DNA from: Candidatus Latescibacterota bacterium
GTDB lineage: Bacteria; Latescibacterota; UBA2968
DNA: 64,000 nucleotides
Reading direction: 5' to 3'
Assembly (NCBI GenBank): GCA_038279365.1
Contig: JAYODI010000022.1
Location: 1-64,000, forward strand
Shown here: positions 48,131-57,657 of the stretch, in pieces
Layout: each line of letters starts with the position of its first letter
How positions within the stretch are numbered: position 1 is the first letter of the stretch
Notes under the pieces: generated by a model
Database searches by the model: none
Told to the model about the DNA's origin: nothing
What the model saw: the letters and a program-made list of their open reading frames with translations, nothing else
Program-made: the position numbers and the translations under genes

Positions 48131-50068
48131 ATGTCTGTATTGCCAGCATCTACCCCACATCCAATTTCCCAAAACCGATCCCGATGGCCAGTTTTGGTTT
48201 TGGGCATTGCATTAACGGTTGGGATCAACGCCTTTGATCCCATTTCGCGGTATGTGATACATTCTTCATCCATTTCCAACAGCCATATGCCATTTGCTTT
48301 GTTGGTGGGACTCATGGTTTTGGCCTATGTTGTTCGGCCCATCCTGGTTCGGCTGGGTTATCATCTTACGCAAACCGATTTGGCTACGGTTTTGTCCATT
48401 GGTTTTTTGGGAACGTCCATGCCCACAATGGTGGGGCGTTTTTTGGCGGTTATTTCGGCGTCAGACTATTTTGCATCGCCCGAAAATGAATGGCCAACTT
48501 ACACTTTGCCCAATTTGCCTTCGTGGTTGTTGCCCAGCAATGCCGGTGATGCCATCGGCATGTTTTATCGGGGGGCGGAACCGCATGTGGGGTTTCCTTG
48601 GGCGGTTTGGGTAGGACCTTTGTTTTGGTGGTTAGGGCTTATTGTTGCCATTGTTGTTGTGTGTTTTTGTATGGGAGTGGTGTTGCGCAAACAATGGTCA
48701 GAGCGCGAGCGTTTGTCTTTTCCGTTGGTGCAGGTGAGTATGTTGTTGGTTGAAGAACCCAAACAAGGACATGTTTTACCCAGCTTTTTTGGTGAGCGTT
48801 TGTTTTGGATTGGGTTTGGTGTGGGGGCTGTGGTTTTGTTGTGGAATGTGTTGGGGCATTTTTTTCCTGGTATGCCTATTTTTGCATTTATGAACCAAAA
48901 CAACCCATTGCCCTTGGGCAGAGGGTTTCCCGATTTGTTTATTCGGTTCGATTTTTATGTGATCTGTTTTGCCTATTTTACGTCGTTAGACGTGTTGTTG
49001 TCGATGTGGTTTTTTCATTTGTTGGCGATGTTGCAAGTGGGGGCGGCCAATCGAATTGGCATGCCTTCTGGCGTGACGTCTATGAACAATTATGGTTTGG
49101 CAGTGTTTGTGGTTTGGGGGTTGTGGCTTGCAAGATCACATTTTAAAGATGTTTGGCACAAAGCCATTGGAAAAGCACCCCATATTGATGATTCGATGGA
49201 GTTGGTGTCGTATCGGGTTTGTGTGTTGGGTATTGGAATTGGTGGGGTGTTTATTTTTTTATGGTTGTTACGCATTGGCATGGGCCCAGGAACGGCCTTG
49301 ATGTATTTGTTTGCGTCTTTGGTTTTGTATGTTGGTATGGCAAAAATTGTGGCATTGAGTGGGCTGGTTTCGTTGCGAGGGTCTGATACCACGGGCATTA
49401 CCAAAGGGGTGATTGGCACCTGGAACATGAGTGATCGATCTATTGCGGCCACAGATCTTATGTTGGCCATGTATTCTTGGGCCAAAGGGTTTTGTATGCC
49501 AGGGGCTGCTAATGCGACAAAAGCAGGCGAGCAGGCCGGAGGTGGGAAATCATTGGGGGGAGCTGTATTGGTGGGGGCTATTTTATCTTTATTCGCCTGT
49601 ATAGGCATGACACTTTGGTTGGGATATTTTGGAACTGGTGCTGAAAATTTTGGGTCTTACGACTTTACCAATGGGAATCGGCACAGTTACAGTTATACGG
49701 TTACAGCAATTAAAAATAAGGGTGCCGACGTGCGCTCTTGGTGGGGTCCCATTTGGGGCATTGTCGGCGGTCTCTTGACAGCTTGTCTCATTGTATTAAA
49801 CCATCGTGTACCCTGGTGGCCATTGCATCCTGTTGGTTTTACTGTGTCTTATCAATATCCCACACGCGCATCCTTTTTTTGTATTTTTGTCACTTGGTTG
49901 TGCAAATTGATCATCATTCGTGTGGGGGGGATGATGTTATACAATCGGTCTCGCATATTTTTTGTGGGGTTACTTTTGGGGTATTCGGTAGCGGTTTTGA
50001 TCTCTTTTGTTTTGGACATGGTCTTTTTTATGGGGCAGGGGCATGCGTTGCACACCCCACCGATATAA
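48131..50068 (+). CDS. DUF6785/DUF6784-like polytopic membrane protein
   Basis: YFASPENEW, W.GPLFWW, KQWSERERLSFPL, WWPLHPVG; paralog of 7010. Confidence 0.75.
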   Translation: MSVLPASTPHPISQNRSRWPVLVLGIALTVGINAFDPISRYVIHSSSISNSHMPFALLVGLMVLAYVVRPILVRLGYHLTQTDLATVLSIGFLGTSMPTMVGRFLAVISASDYFASPENEWPTYTLPNLPSWLLPSNAGDAIGMFYRGAEPHVGFPWAVWVGPLFWWLGLIVAIVVVCFCMGVVLRKQWSERERLSFPLVQVSMLLVEEPKQGHVLPSFFGERLFWIGFGVGAVVLLWNVLGHFFPGMPIFAFMNQNNPLPLGRGFPDLFIRFDFYVICFAYFTSLDVLLSMWFFHLLAMLQVGAANRIGMPSGVTSMNNYGLAVFVVWGLWLARSHFKDVWHKAIGKAPHIDDSMELVSYRVCVLGIGIGGVFIFLWLLRIGMGPGTALMYLFASLVLYVGMAKIVALSGLVSLRGSDTTGITKGVIGTWNMSDRSIAATDLMLAMYSWAKGFCMPGAANATKAGEQAGGGKSLGGAVLVGAILSLFACIGMTLWLGYFGTGAENFGSYDFTNGNRHSYSYTVTAIKNKGADVRSWWGPIWGIVGGLLTACLIVLNHRVPWWPLHPVGFTVSYQYPTRASFFCIFVTWLCKLIIIRVGGMMLYNRSRIFFVGLLLGYSVAVLISFVLDMVFFMGQGHALHTPPI

Positions 50069-50179
50069 GCATTTGCGTTGTGGCTGACAATCACTTAGTT
50101 TTGGGTCGTTCATCGTTTTTGATGGGGTTTGGTGAAGACAGATGGGTTATAAACGCGTTGCAAAGGAAATCGATTTATT

Positions 50180-51139
50180 ATGGCAGAACTGGCGAATAAA
50201 GAATTAGAGCACCGCATCCATCGGTTAGAAATTTTACTGAAAATCAGTCGCATGATGAATGCGACGACCAATCAAGAAACATTGATTACCAATATTGCCA
50301 AAGAAGTGGCAGAATATATCAAAGCAGATCGGTGTTCTATTTTCTTTTATGATCGTTTAACAGATGAATTATACACGCACTTGGCAACGGGATTGGATAA
50401 GGGGCAACATATTCGAATTTCGAGCAATGCAGGCATTGCTGGGCATGTTTTTCAAAGTGGCGAAACCAAAAATGTGCAGGATGTTTCGCAAGAACCTCTA
50501 TTTACAGGTGAAGCAGATAAAAAAACGGGTTATGTGACCAAAACATTGCTTACCTATCCATTAAAAAACCGTCGCAAAAAAGCCATTGGTGTTTTTCAAT
50601 TGCTCAATAAAAAGGGTGACCCGGGTTATTTTACACAAGAAGATGAAGCTTTTTTGCAGGAGTTGGTGGATCAAATTTCCGATTTGTTGGATTTGATTTT
50701 GCGCAAAGATGAATTGGCAAAACGCAACGAGGTTTTGGAAGCGCAAATGAAACAGTTGTCGTCTGTCGAGTATTTGATTGGTGATCGAACGGCCATTAAT
50801 ACGGTTTTTAAATACAACCGAAAAATACACTATTGGGGAGGCGTCGCTGCAATGGTGTTGCTGACTTTGATGGCGGTTACTTCTTTGGTGATGGTTCGTT
50901 CCGATGGGTTGCGCTCGTTTATGTTGGGGTTGCATACGGGCACGGGGTTTGGATTGGGCTTTCGATATTATATTTTTACCGATACGGTGTCAATTATAAC
51001 GCTTGCAATTTGTATAACTGGGCTTTTGATGTATGTTTATCCGCCTCTGAATCGGTGGTTAAAAGAAAAGAAAGATCGAATTTTGAAGGAAAAGTTAGCA
51101 GCGGGTATGAAGCAAGTGACAAAAGAGAAAACGACTTGA
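50180..51139 (+). CDS. GAF domain protein fused to a minimal PepSY-associated TM module
   Basis: GAF (ADRCSIF, GIAGHV, DKKTGY, QLLNK, FTQEDE); coiled coil; RKIHYWGG-TM…LHTG-TM. Confidence 0.75.
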   Translation: MAELANKELEHRIHRLEILLKISRMMNATTNQETLITNIAKEVAEYIKADRCSIFFYDRLTDELYTHLATGLDKGQHIRISSNAGIAGHVFQSGETKNVQDVSQEPLFTGEADKKTGYVTKTLLTYPLKNRRKKAIGVFQLLNKKGDPGYFTQEDEAFLQELVDQISDLLDLILRKDELAKRNEVLEAQMKQLSSVEYLIGDRTAINTVFKYNRKIHYWGGVAAMVLLTLMAVTSLVMVRSDGLRSFMLGLHTGTGFGLGFRYYIFTDTVSIITLAICITGLLMYVYPPLNRWLKEKKDRILKEKLAAGMKQVTKEKTT

Positions 51140-51143
51140 GGGC

Positions 51144-51172
51144 TTGACAGTCAAAGGGAGAAGGCTTATCAT
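51144..51172 (+). promoter_or_regulatory. putative sigma70 promoter
   Basis: TTGACA-17 bp-TATCAT. Confidence 0.6.
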
Positions 51173-51216
51173 AGGGCGAATTTCAAATGGCCTGTTTTTT
51201 TTCGAGGAGGGTATGG

Positions 51217-51657
51217 ATGCGTAAGTTTAATATATTGACTTTGGGGTTTGTTGTGATGGGGCTCTCTCTAGTGATCGCCTGTGGGGGCGGTGAAGAGCAA
51301 ATGGCAGACAATAATTTGCCAACTCGCAGAGCAAAAATGCGAGAAGTAAAGCTTAGCACAGATAAGATTATGGTGTCTTTAAAAAATGAATCCCTCAGTG
51401 GTGTTGCCGAAGATGCCGAAAAAATCCAAAATGCATTAAAAGCTGTGGTTGAGCTCTACCCAGTAGAACACAAAGAAAAGTATACAGCATATAACAAAGA
51501 AGCACAGACTGTTGCTATGGCATTGGCATCTGCGGCCAAAGGTGGCAATATAAAAGAAGCCAATAAACAGTTTCGAAATTTGGTGCCATATTGTGGCAAA
51601 TGCCACGAAGATTGTGCGTTTATGCTGGCACCCGCTTTTCCTGAGTATGAAGAATAG
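51217..51657 (+). CDS. cytochrome c'-like lipoprotein
   Basis: RBS GAGGAGG; lipobox VIAC; helical body; C-terminal CGKCH. Confidence 0.8.
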   Translation: MRKFNILTLGFVVMGLSLVIACGGGEEQMADNNLPTRRAKMREVKLSTDKIMVSLKNESLSGVAEDAEKIQNALKAVVELYPVEHKEKYTAYNKEAQTVAMALASAAKGGNIKEANKQFRNLVPYCGKCHEDCAFMLAPAFPEYEE

Positions 51658-51673
51658 GGTGTTTTCGTAAAGC

Positions 51674-51711
51674 AAAAAGGGGAATATCCACTTGGATATT
51701 CCCCTTTTTTT
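51674..51711. terminator. bidirectional intrinsic terminator
   Basis: A5-GGGGAATATCCA-CT-TGGATATTCCCC-T7. Confidence 0.9.
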
Positions 51712-51725
51712 ATGGAGTGCTACAT

Positions 51726-52487
51726 TTAGCGCAACACTTTGAGGCCTTTTTGAAGGGTGTCAAAGTGGTTTGCCGGACAAATCAATGTGGGTTCGGGGAC
51801 GGCGTGGTCGGTGTAGAGGGCTGTGAAATCAACGTTTTTTCCAGAAGCATATTTAAAGGGTACATCTAAAACGCGTAAGATGGCCGCACCAGCGGCATAA
51901 TCCCAAATATTGGCTTGGTCGATGGCACCCACAGCAGACCCTTTGGCCACATAACACAAATTGGCAGCCGCAGAGCCCAAGTGAATGTGTTTGCCTTCAA
52001 ATGTGATGTCTGTTGACGAAAATGCACCTTCACTCACAAGAAGGAGCGCGTTAGAGTCGATGATGGGGGTTGGGGGGGTGAGTTGGTGGTCATTGCAATG
52101 GGCGGTGGTGCCACTGGTATAATAGACATCACCCAAAGCTGGTAAAGCAATGACTCCCACTGTTGGTATGCCTTGGACCATTGCGCCAATAGAGATGCCC
52201 CATACTGGAAGACCATGATTAAAAACACGGGTGCCATCAATGGGGTCGATGGCCCATACAATGTCTGATGTGGGGGGGGGGTCGTCACCTTCTTCGCCTA
52301 AAATATCGTCTTGTGGACGTTTTTTCTCTAATTCTTGGCGGAGATATTTTTCCACATCAATGTCTGCCTGTGTGACCCACGAGTTATCAGGCTTAAGGGT
52401 GCCTTTGGTGTTACCAAAGTGTTTGAGTGCAATTTGGGAGGCTTGTTCTGTGGTATTGAGAAGCCAGGTGATGTCTATGTCGTGCAT
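51726..52487 (-). CDS. inositol monophosphatase family protein
   Basis: VTQAD, ILGEE, WAIDPIDGT, GSAA, WDYAAG. Confidence 0.93.
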   Translation of the reverse strand: MHDIDITWLLNTTEQASQIALKHFGNTKGTLKPDNSWVTQADIDVEKYLRQELEKKRPQDDILGEEGDDPPPTSDIVWAIDPIDGTRVFNHGLPVWGISIGAMVQGIPTVGVIALPALGDVYYTSGTTAHCNDHQLTPPTPIIDSNALLLVSEGAFSSTDITFEGKHIHLGSAAANLCYVAKGSAVGAIDQANIWDYAAGAAILRVLDVPFKYASGKNVDFTALYTDHAVPEPTLICPANHFDTLQKGLKVLR

Positions 52488-52624
52488 TTAAGTTCCTTGT
52501 GAACGAATTGATAAAGATAGGCGAAAACATCTCTGTTGTGTTTTGGAGAGAAGTATATTATTAATTGTTGGAGCAATAATAAATAAAAGGTGTGTTCTGC
52601 GCAATTGATGAGGTTTGGGAGATT

Positions 52625-53392
52625 ATGATGGGCAAAAGAAAAAGGATTTTACTGACAGGAGCCGCAGGAACCATTGGGACGTCTTTGCGTAAGCATTTAA
52701 AAGACCGGTATGACTTTCGACTGTTATGTCACTCTACCATTCCTGATGATATGGATGCCTCTGACGAATTGGTTGTTTCTGATATATCCAACTTTGAAGC
52801 AATGGTTGAAGCTTGTGCAGGGGTAGATGCCATCGCACATTTGGCCATCTTTAATCGTTGGAAAGGCATGACACGGTCACAGTTGGCACAATTGACCTTT
52901 GATGTGGATATGAAAGGTACTTACAATATTTATGAAGCAGCACGCATCAATGGGGTCAAGACGGTGGTTTTTGCAAGCACAAATCACGTGACTGGCATGA
53001 ATGAAAAAAAAGGGATCAAGTCTTTTCCCGATGATCCTGTTCGCCCCGATAGCATTTATGGTGCTGGCAAAGCGTTTGGAGAGGCACTGGGCCGCTTGTA
53101 TGTGGATCAGCATCAGATGCGGGTGTTTTGTTTGCGCATTGCCAATTTTAATGGCAAAGATGAGCCTGGTAGGTTATATGAGCCGGGGCAATCGCGCTGG
53201 TTTAGCCCAAGAGATATTGCTCAAATGACTTGGCGGTGCATTGAGACAGAGGAATTGGATTGGGGGATTTTTTATGGCATATCCAATGGGGGCGAGGAGA
53301 AATGGGATTTGACCAATGCCAAAAACCTGTTGGGTTTTGAGCCTGAAGACGATGGTTCCTTGCCTCATTTTCAAAAAAAGTACAGAGCCTAA
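52625..53392 (+). CDS. NAD-dependent epimerase/dehydratase (uronate dehydrogenase-like)
   Basis: TGAAGTIG, FASTNHV, RPDSIYGAGKAFGE, LRI, WFSPRD, LGFEPED. Confidence 0.85.
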   Translation: MMGKRKRILLTGAAGTIGTSLRKHLKDRYDFRLLCHSTIPDDMDASDELVVSDISNFEAMVEACAGVDAIAHLAIFNRWKGMTRSQLAQLTFDVDMKGTYNIYEAARINGVKTVVFASTNHVTGMNEKKGIKSFPDDPVRPDSIYGAGKAFGEALGRLYVDQHQMRVFCLRIANFNGKDEPGRLYEPGQSRWFSPRDIAQMTWRCIETEELDWGIFYGISNGGEEKWDLTNAKNLLGFEPEDDGSLPHFQKKYRA

Positions 53393-53499
53393 GAGCTGTG
53401 GATGTGAATGGCCAGATCTGATATGTGAATAATTTTCAATTTTAATGTGCAATGCCAAATAAAAGGTGTTGCACATTTTTTTGTCAAATTCAAAGGGTT

Positions 53500-54264
53500 T
53501 TATGGGGCAAATTGCCATACGCGTAAAGCAGTTTTTCCAAAAATCCAAGCGCGTTCATCTTCGGTGAGTTTCGATAGATAATTTATGGGTACCCGAAGTG
53601 AATTTTCATAGCCTTCTCGCGAACTGACCGGGGGGTAATCGCTTCCCCACATCACGCGTTGTGGGCCAAAGGCTTCAAGTGTCATATCCACAAGTGGGGG
53701 AATGGGGTCAAATGGGAGAGGCACGCGACAAAATTCACCAAAACCCGGCATTTTGATGGTCAGGTTGGGGTATTGGGCAAGTTTGAGTATTTGTTTGAAT
53801 GTTTCATAGGGTGCCGTTTGATCAAAACCAATACCGCCCAGATGTTCAATAACAATACTGAGGTTTGGACAGGCTTTCAAAACAGACACAAAGTGATCAC
53901 TCAAAAGCGATTTTGGGTTGCTGGGCGCACTGACAATGAGACCCAATTCTGCAGCGGTGCGCCATTGGATGAGTGAATCCGGGCCTTCTGCTTGGCTGGC
54001 AATGGGCAAACGAATACCCACAATACCCTTTTCTGCCCATTGGCGCATGTACGTACCGTTATCTGTTGGGGGCACAATCATGGCCGCTTGAAAAAGCTTT
54101 GGGTAGGCGATCATGCTGTCGATCATATATTGGTTGTTTGAATTGCCTGCATATTGGATAAAAACAGCTTTGTCCACGCCAGTATTATTCATGTGATACA
54201 GAAGGGATTCAACGGGTTCATATTTGTGCAAGCCAATGTGGCAATGGGTATCAACAATGATCAT
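53500..54264 (-). CDS. amidohydrolase family protein (sugar lactonase-like)
   Basis: VDTHCH, GIR, IEHLG, FGPQRVMWGSDYP. Confidence 0.88.
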   Translation of the reverse strand: MIIVDTHCHIGLHKYEPVESLLYHMNNTGVDKAVFIQYAGNSNNQYMIDSMIAYPKLFQAAMIVPPTDNGTYMRQWAEKGIVGIRLPIASQAEGPDSLIQWRTAAELGLIVSAPSNPKSLLSDHFVSVLKACPNLSIVIEHLGGIGFDQTAPYETFKQILKLAQYPNLTIKMPGFGEFCRVPLPFDPIPPLVDMTLEAFGPQRVMWGSDYPPVSSREGYENSLRVPINYLSKLTEDERAWIFGKTALRVWQFAP

Positions 54265-54285
54265 GGGGCTTGGTGCTCCTGATGG

Positions 54286-54981
54286 TTAAAACAATGTGCG
54301 TTGCTCGGGTTGTTGGATGGGGGTGATGCAATCTGCGGTGTCTATTCTCGGGTTGTTGACGAATGATGAAACGGGATGTGCAGTCATGTCTTTAGCGGGA
54401 TAAGGTGTAAGCAGTGCTTGTAATTCTTCTGGCCTTTTTTCTGTTGGATCAAGCCAATGTGCATATGATTGGGCGGGCAAAATCACAGGCATGCGGTTGT
54501 GGATGTTTGCCATAAGTGGGTTGGGTTTTGTGGTGATAATGGTACATGTTTCGATTTCATCACCTTCTGGGGATCCCCAGTGTTCCCATAATCCTGCAAA
54601 TGCAAAGGGTTGCCGAGAGGTTAAGGTGATCAGCATAGGGATTTTGGTTTTGCCGTCGGGTTGTTTTTGCCATTCGTAGAAACCTGTTGTTGGAATAAGG
54701 CATCTGCGCCTTTTCAATGCATTTCTAAAAGAAGGTTTTTCAGAAAGGGTCTCGGCACGGGCATTGATGAGTTTGTTGCCTATTTTGGGATCTTTGCTCC
54801 AAGACGGAATGAGGCCCCATTTAAAAGCAACGGCTTGTTTGTGTGCGTTGTTTGCCAAAGCAATAATGGGTTGTCCTGGGGCAATATTGTAGCGTTTGGG
54901 CATGTCTTTTGGAAATTCGAATCCGGGAAAAGCGCGTTGATTTTCATCTTCAGATGCAGCAAAGGCAAAACGTCCACACAT
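54286..54981 (-). CDS. SOS response-associated peptidase (SRAP/YedK/HMCES)
   Basis: MCGRF, YNIAP, WGLIP, INARAET, GFYEW, IHNRMPVIL. Confidence 0.95.
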   Translation of the reverse strand: MCGRFAFAASEDENQRAFPGFEFPKDMPKRYNIAPGQPIIALANNAHKQAVAFKWGLIPSWSKDPKIGNKLINARAETLSEKPSFRNALKRRRCLIPTTGFYEWQKQPDGKTKIPMLITLTSRQPFAFAGLWEHWGSPEGDEIETCTIITTKPNPLMANIHNRMPVILPAQSYAHWLDPTEKRPEELQALLTPYPAKDMTAHPVSSFVNNPRIDTADCITPIQQPEQRTLF

Positions 54982-54989
54982 AGGGAGTC

Positions 54990-55847
54990 CTAAATTGAAA
55001 TATTGGAACGAAATTCAGGCACGCCCTTGATGCCCAAGTTAAGGCGGTACAATGCACCTGCATGTTCACCGTTTTCAGCTTTGTTGTTGCCGCCTGCTGT
55101 GGTGACATACATGTCGGTATAATCTGTGCCACCAAATGTGACACAAGACACCTTTTTGGTCGGAAAAGGAATACGGCGTTCTTCGGTTCCGTCGGGCGCA
55201 TAGCGCACAAGCATATAGCCATCCCATTTGGCCGTCCAAATATACCCTTCGGCGTCTACCGTCATGCCATCGGGAATGCCTTCATCTTCGGGAGTTTTGA
55301 GAAATATGCGTTGATTGGTGAGGGCACTGGTGGTTTTGTCGTAATCAAAAAGATAAATGGTGCGTGCGCCCGAATCGGTGTAATACATTTGTTTGCGGTC
55401 GGGTGTAAACCCCATACCATTTGAACAATGAATTTCGTCTAAAATTTCTGTGATGCTGCCGTCGTGATCGAGGCGATAAAGTTTGCCTAATTTGTTTGGT
55501 GAGGGCATTGTGCCACAAAATACACGCCCTGCTGGATCGGCCACCACGTCGTTGAAGCGGCTGTTTTCTTCTCCAGGAATGCTTTCGACAATGGTTTTTA
55601 ATTGGCCATTTTTCCAAACCTTAATGGCACCTTTGGCCATAAAGAGCAACAGCGAACCATCGGTTTGAATGGTGAAGCCGCCTATAGATTCGCCGCATAG
55701 GTCAAAACATTGTTCGTGATGTTCTGTGGTGGGATCATATCGAAAAAGGCGACCCGGTGGAATATCGAGCCAATAAACCACTTTTTCGTCGGGGTGCCAC
55801 AATGGGCCTTCACCCGTTTGGCATTTGTAATCTGCGATCAGTTGCAT
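54990..55847 (-). CDS. SMP-30/gluconolactonase family protein
   Basis: GEGPLW, RFND, SNGMGF, PDGMTVD, FGG…YVTTA. Confidence 0.93.
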   Translation of the reverse strand: MQLIADYKCQTGEGPLWHPDEKVVYWLDIPPGRLFRYDPTTEHHEQCFDLCGESIGGFTIQTDGSLLLFMAKGAIKVWKNGQLKTIVESIPGEENSRFNDVVADPAGRVFCGTMPSPNKLGKLYRLDHDGSITEILDEIHCSNGMGFTPDRKQMYYTDSGARTIYLFDYDKTTSALTNQRIFLKTPEDEGIPDGMTVDAEGYIWTAKWDGYMLVRYAPDGTEERRIPFPTKKVSCVTFGGTDYTDMYVTTAGGNNKAENGEHAGALYRLNLGIKGVPEFRSNISI

Positions 55848-56065
55848 CTTAAAGCTCCTTGCTTGCATTTGTACGTGGCGTCGTTTTGGGTGATGCTAAA
55901 AATGTATTGTGATATGTATAGTCTGATCTTTACAATTGTCAAGAGCTTTGTCTCAATGTGATAGGGTGTTTTTTTTTATTGCTCTTAGAAATTCACAACG
56001 TTACATTGCACGCTCACTCTAAAAAACAAATTCTATGTTTTGATTATCACTCTTGGAGGTGTTGC

Positions 56066-57124
56066 ATGGCAGATGAATTGGGTTTTGCAGTTGTTGGGTT
56101 GGGGATGGGGAAGCATCATTGTCGTTCTATTAGCGAAGCGAAAGGTGCAAAACTGGTTGCCGTTTGTGATTTGGATGAAGAGCGCGTGGCAGCCATGGTG
56201 GAAAAATATGGTTGCAAAGCCTATACAAGTTATGAAGAAATGCTTCAAGATGACGAAATTCAGGTTGTTAATGTTGCTGTTGAATCAGGCAAGCATGCGC
56301 AGTTTGGCATCCAAGCAGCCGATGCGGGCAAACATATGATTGTTGAAAAACCAGCCGATATTACTCCTCAGCGCATTGATCAACTCATTGGTGCAGTGAA
56401 AGATGCCAATGTGAAAGTCGGGTGTATTTTTCAGGCGCGTTTGAACCCATTAAATATCAAAATCAAAGAAGCCATTGATTCGGGGCGCATGGGGCGCTTA
56501 ATAGGTGCGCATGGTCACTTGCCTTGGTATCGCAAACAAAGTTATTATGAAGGACCTCATGGTTCTTGGAAAGGTACTTGGGATCTCGATGGTGGTGGGT
56601 CTTTGATGAACCAAGGGGTACATACCGTTGATTTGATTCAGTGGTTGGCAGGTGGTGTGGATTCTGTGATGGGTATGTTTGGTGTGTTTGGACATGATAT
56701 TGAAGCAGAAGATCAAACCGTGGCTTTGTTGAAGTTTAAAAATGGTGCTTTGGGCACGCTTTATACAACCACGTGTTGTTACCCTGGTTTGGATCAGCTT
56801 ATTACCATTTATGGTGCCAATGGGTCTATCATGAAAGACGCTTCCAAATTATTGGCTTGGAAAGTTCAGGGAGAAAACGAAGCCGAAGAAGAAAAGGGCA
56901 TGTTGGATGTTTATGGCCCCAAGGAAAATAAAGAAGCGGGTATTTCTGCCGATCCTATGGCTGTGAGTGCCGATGGTCATACGCAAATTATTGAAGATTT
57001 GGTTGAGGCCATCAACAATGATCGCGATCCTATGATTGGCTTGGAAAGTGCGCGACATGCCGTAGAAATTATAACGGCCATTTTTGAATCGGGAAGAACT
57101 GGGCGTGAAGTAAAAGTCGGATAA
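56066..57124 (+). CDS. Gfo/Idh/MocA family oxidoreductase
   Basis: VGLGMG, IVEKP, WKGTWDLDGGGSLMNQGVH. Confidence 0.92.
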   Translation: MADELGFAVVGLGMGKHHCRSISEAKGAKLVAVCDLDEERVAAMVEKYGCKAYTSYEEMLQDDEIQVVNVAVESGKHAQFGIQAADAGKHMIVEKPADITPQRIDQLIGAVKDANVKVGCIFQARLNPLNIKIKEAIDSGRMGRLIGAHGHLPWYRKQSYYEGPHGSWKGTWDLDGGGSLMNQGVHTVDLIQWLAGGVDSVMGMFGVFGHDIEAEDQTVALLKFKNGALGTLYTTTCCYPGLDQLITIYGANGSIMKDASKLLAWKVQGENEAEEEKGMLDVYGPKENKEAGISADPMAVSADGHTQIIEDLVEAINNDRDPMIGLESARHAVEIITAIFESGRTGREVKVG

Positions 57125-57145
57125 TTGACGTTTGTCTCAATATGG

Positions 57146-57183
57146 AAAAAGCGGTGTTGGGCAAAGCCCAATGCCGCTTTTTT
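57146..57183 (+). terminator. intrinsic terminator
   Basis: A5-GCGGTGTTGGGC-AAA-GCCCAATGCCGC-T run. Confidence 0.85.
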
Positions 57184-57295
57184 ATATTCAAGCTTGACTG
57201 TTTGGTTGTCAATGCTGTATTATTGCGGGGTAAAAATTGTTTATTTATTTTGTTCATTCACCCCTTTGAGAACTTGGGGCAATAAGGAGTTGGTT

Positions 57296-57589
57296 ATGCC
57301 AGAGACTGTAGAAGAGTTGACCGTAAACTACGAAGAAGACGGTGTGCTGTTGTGCAAAGAGTTGGACAAATATGTGTTGACCAAAGGGGCTTGGGCTACT
57401 GTGATGTATTTGTATCAGGATTTTAATAAAAAAGATGAAGACTATGGCCCAAAGAAAATAACCATACGGCGATACCAAAAACGCGATGGCAATTATTCGC
57501 CGCGAAGCAAATTCAATATATCGAGCTTGAATCAAGCAGGTATGATTGTTGAATCTCTTCAAAAGTGGATGCGCGAGGAAGATAAATAG
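57296..57589 (+). CDS. small hypothetical protein
   Basis: RBS AAGGAG; 97 aa; flanked by terminators. Confidence 0.75.
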   Translation: MPETVEELTVNYEEDGVLLCKELDKYVLTKGAWATVMYLYQDFNKKDEDYGPKKITIRRYQKRDGNYSPRSKFNISSLNQAGMIVESLQKWMREEDK

Positions 57590-57610
57590 ATTAAAGTTTT
57601 AAATGAGGGT

Positions 57611-57657
57611 AAGGGTGTAAAGAGACTTTGGTACAAGTCTCTTTACACCCTTTTTTT
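57611..57657. terminator. intrinsic terminator
   Basis: GGGTGTAAAGAGACTT/AAGTCTCTTTACACCC followed by T7. Confidence 0.88.
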
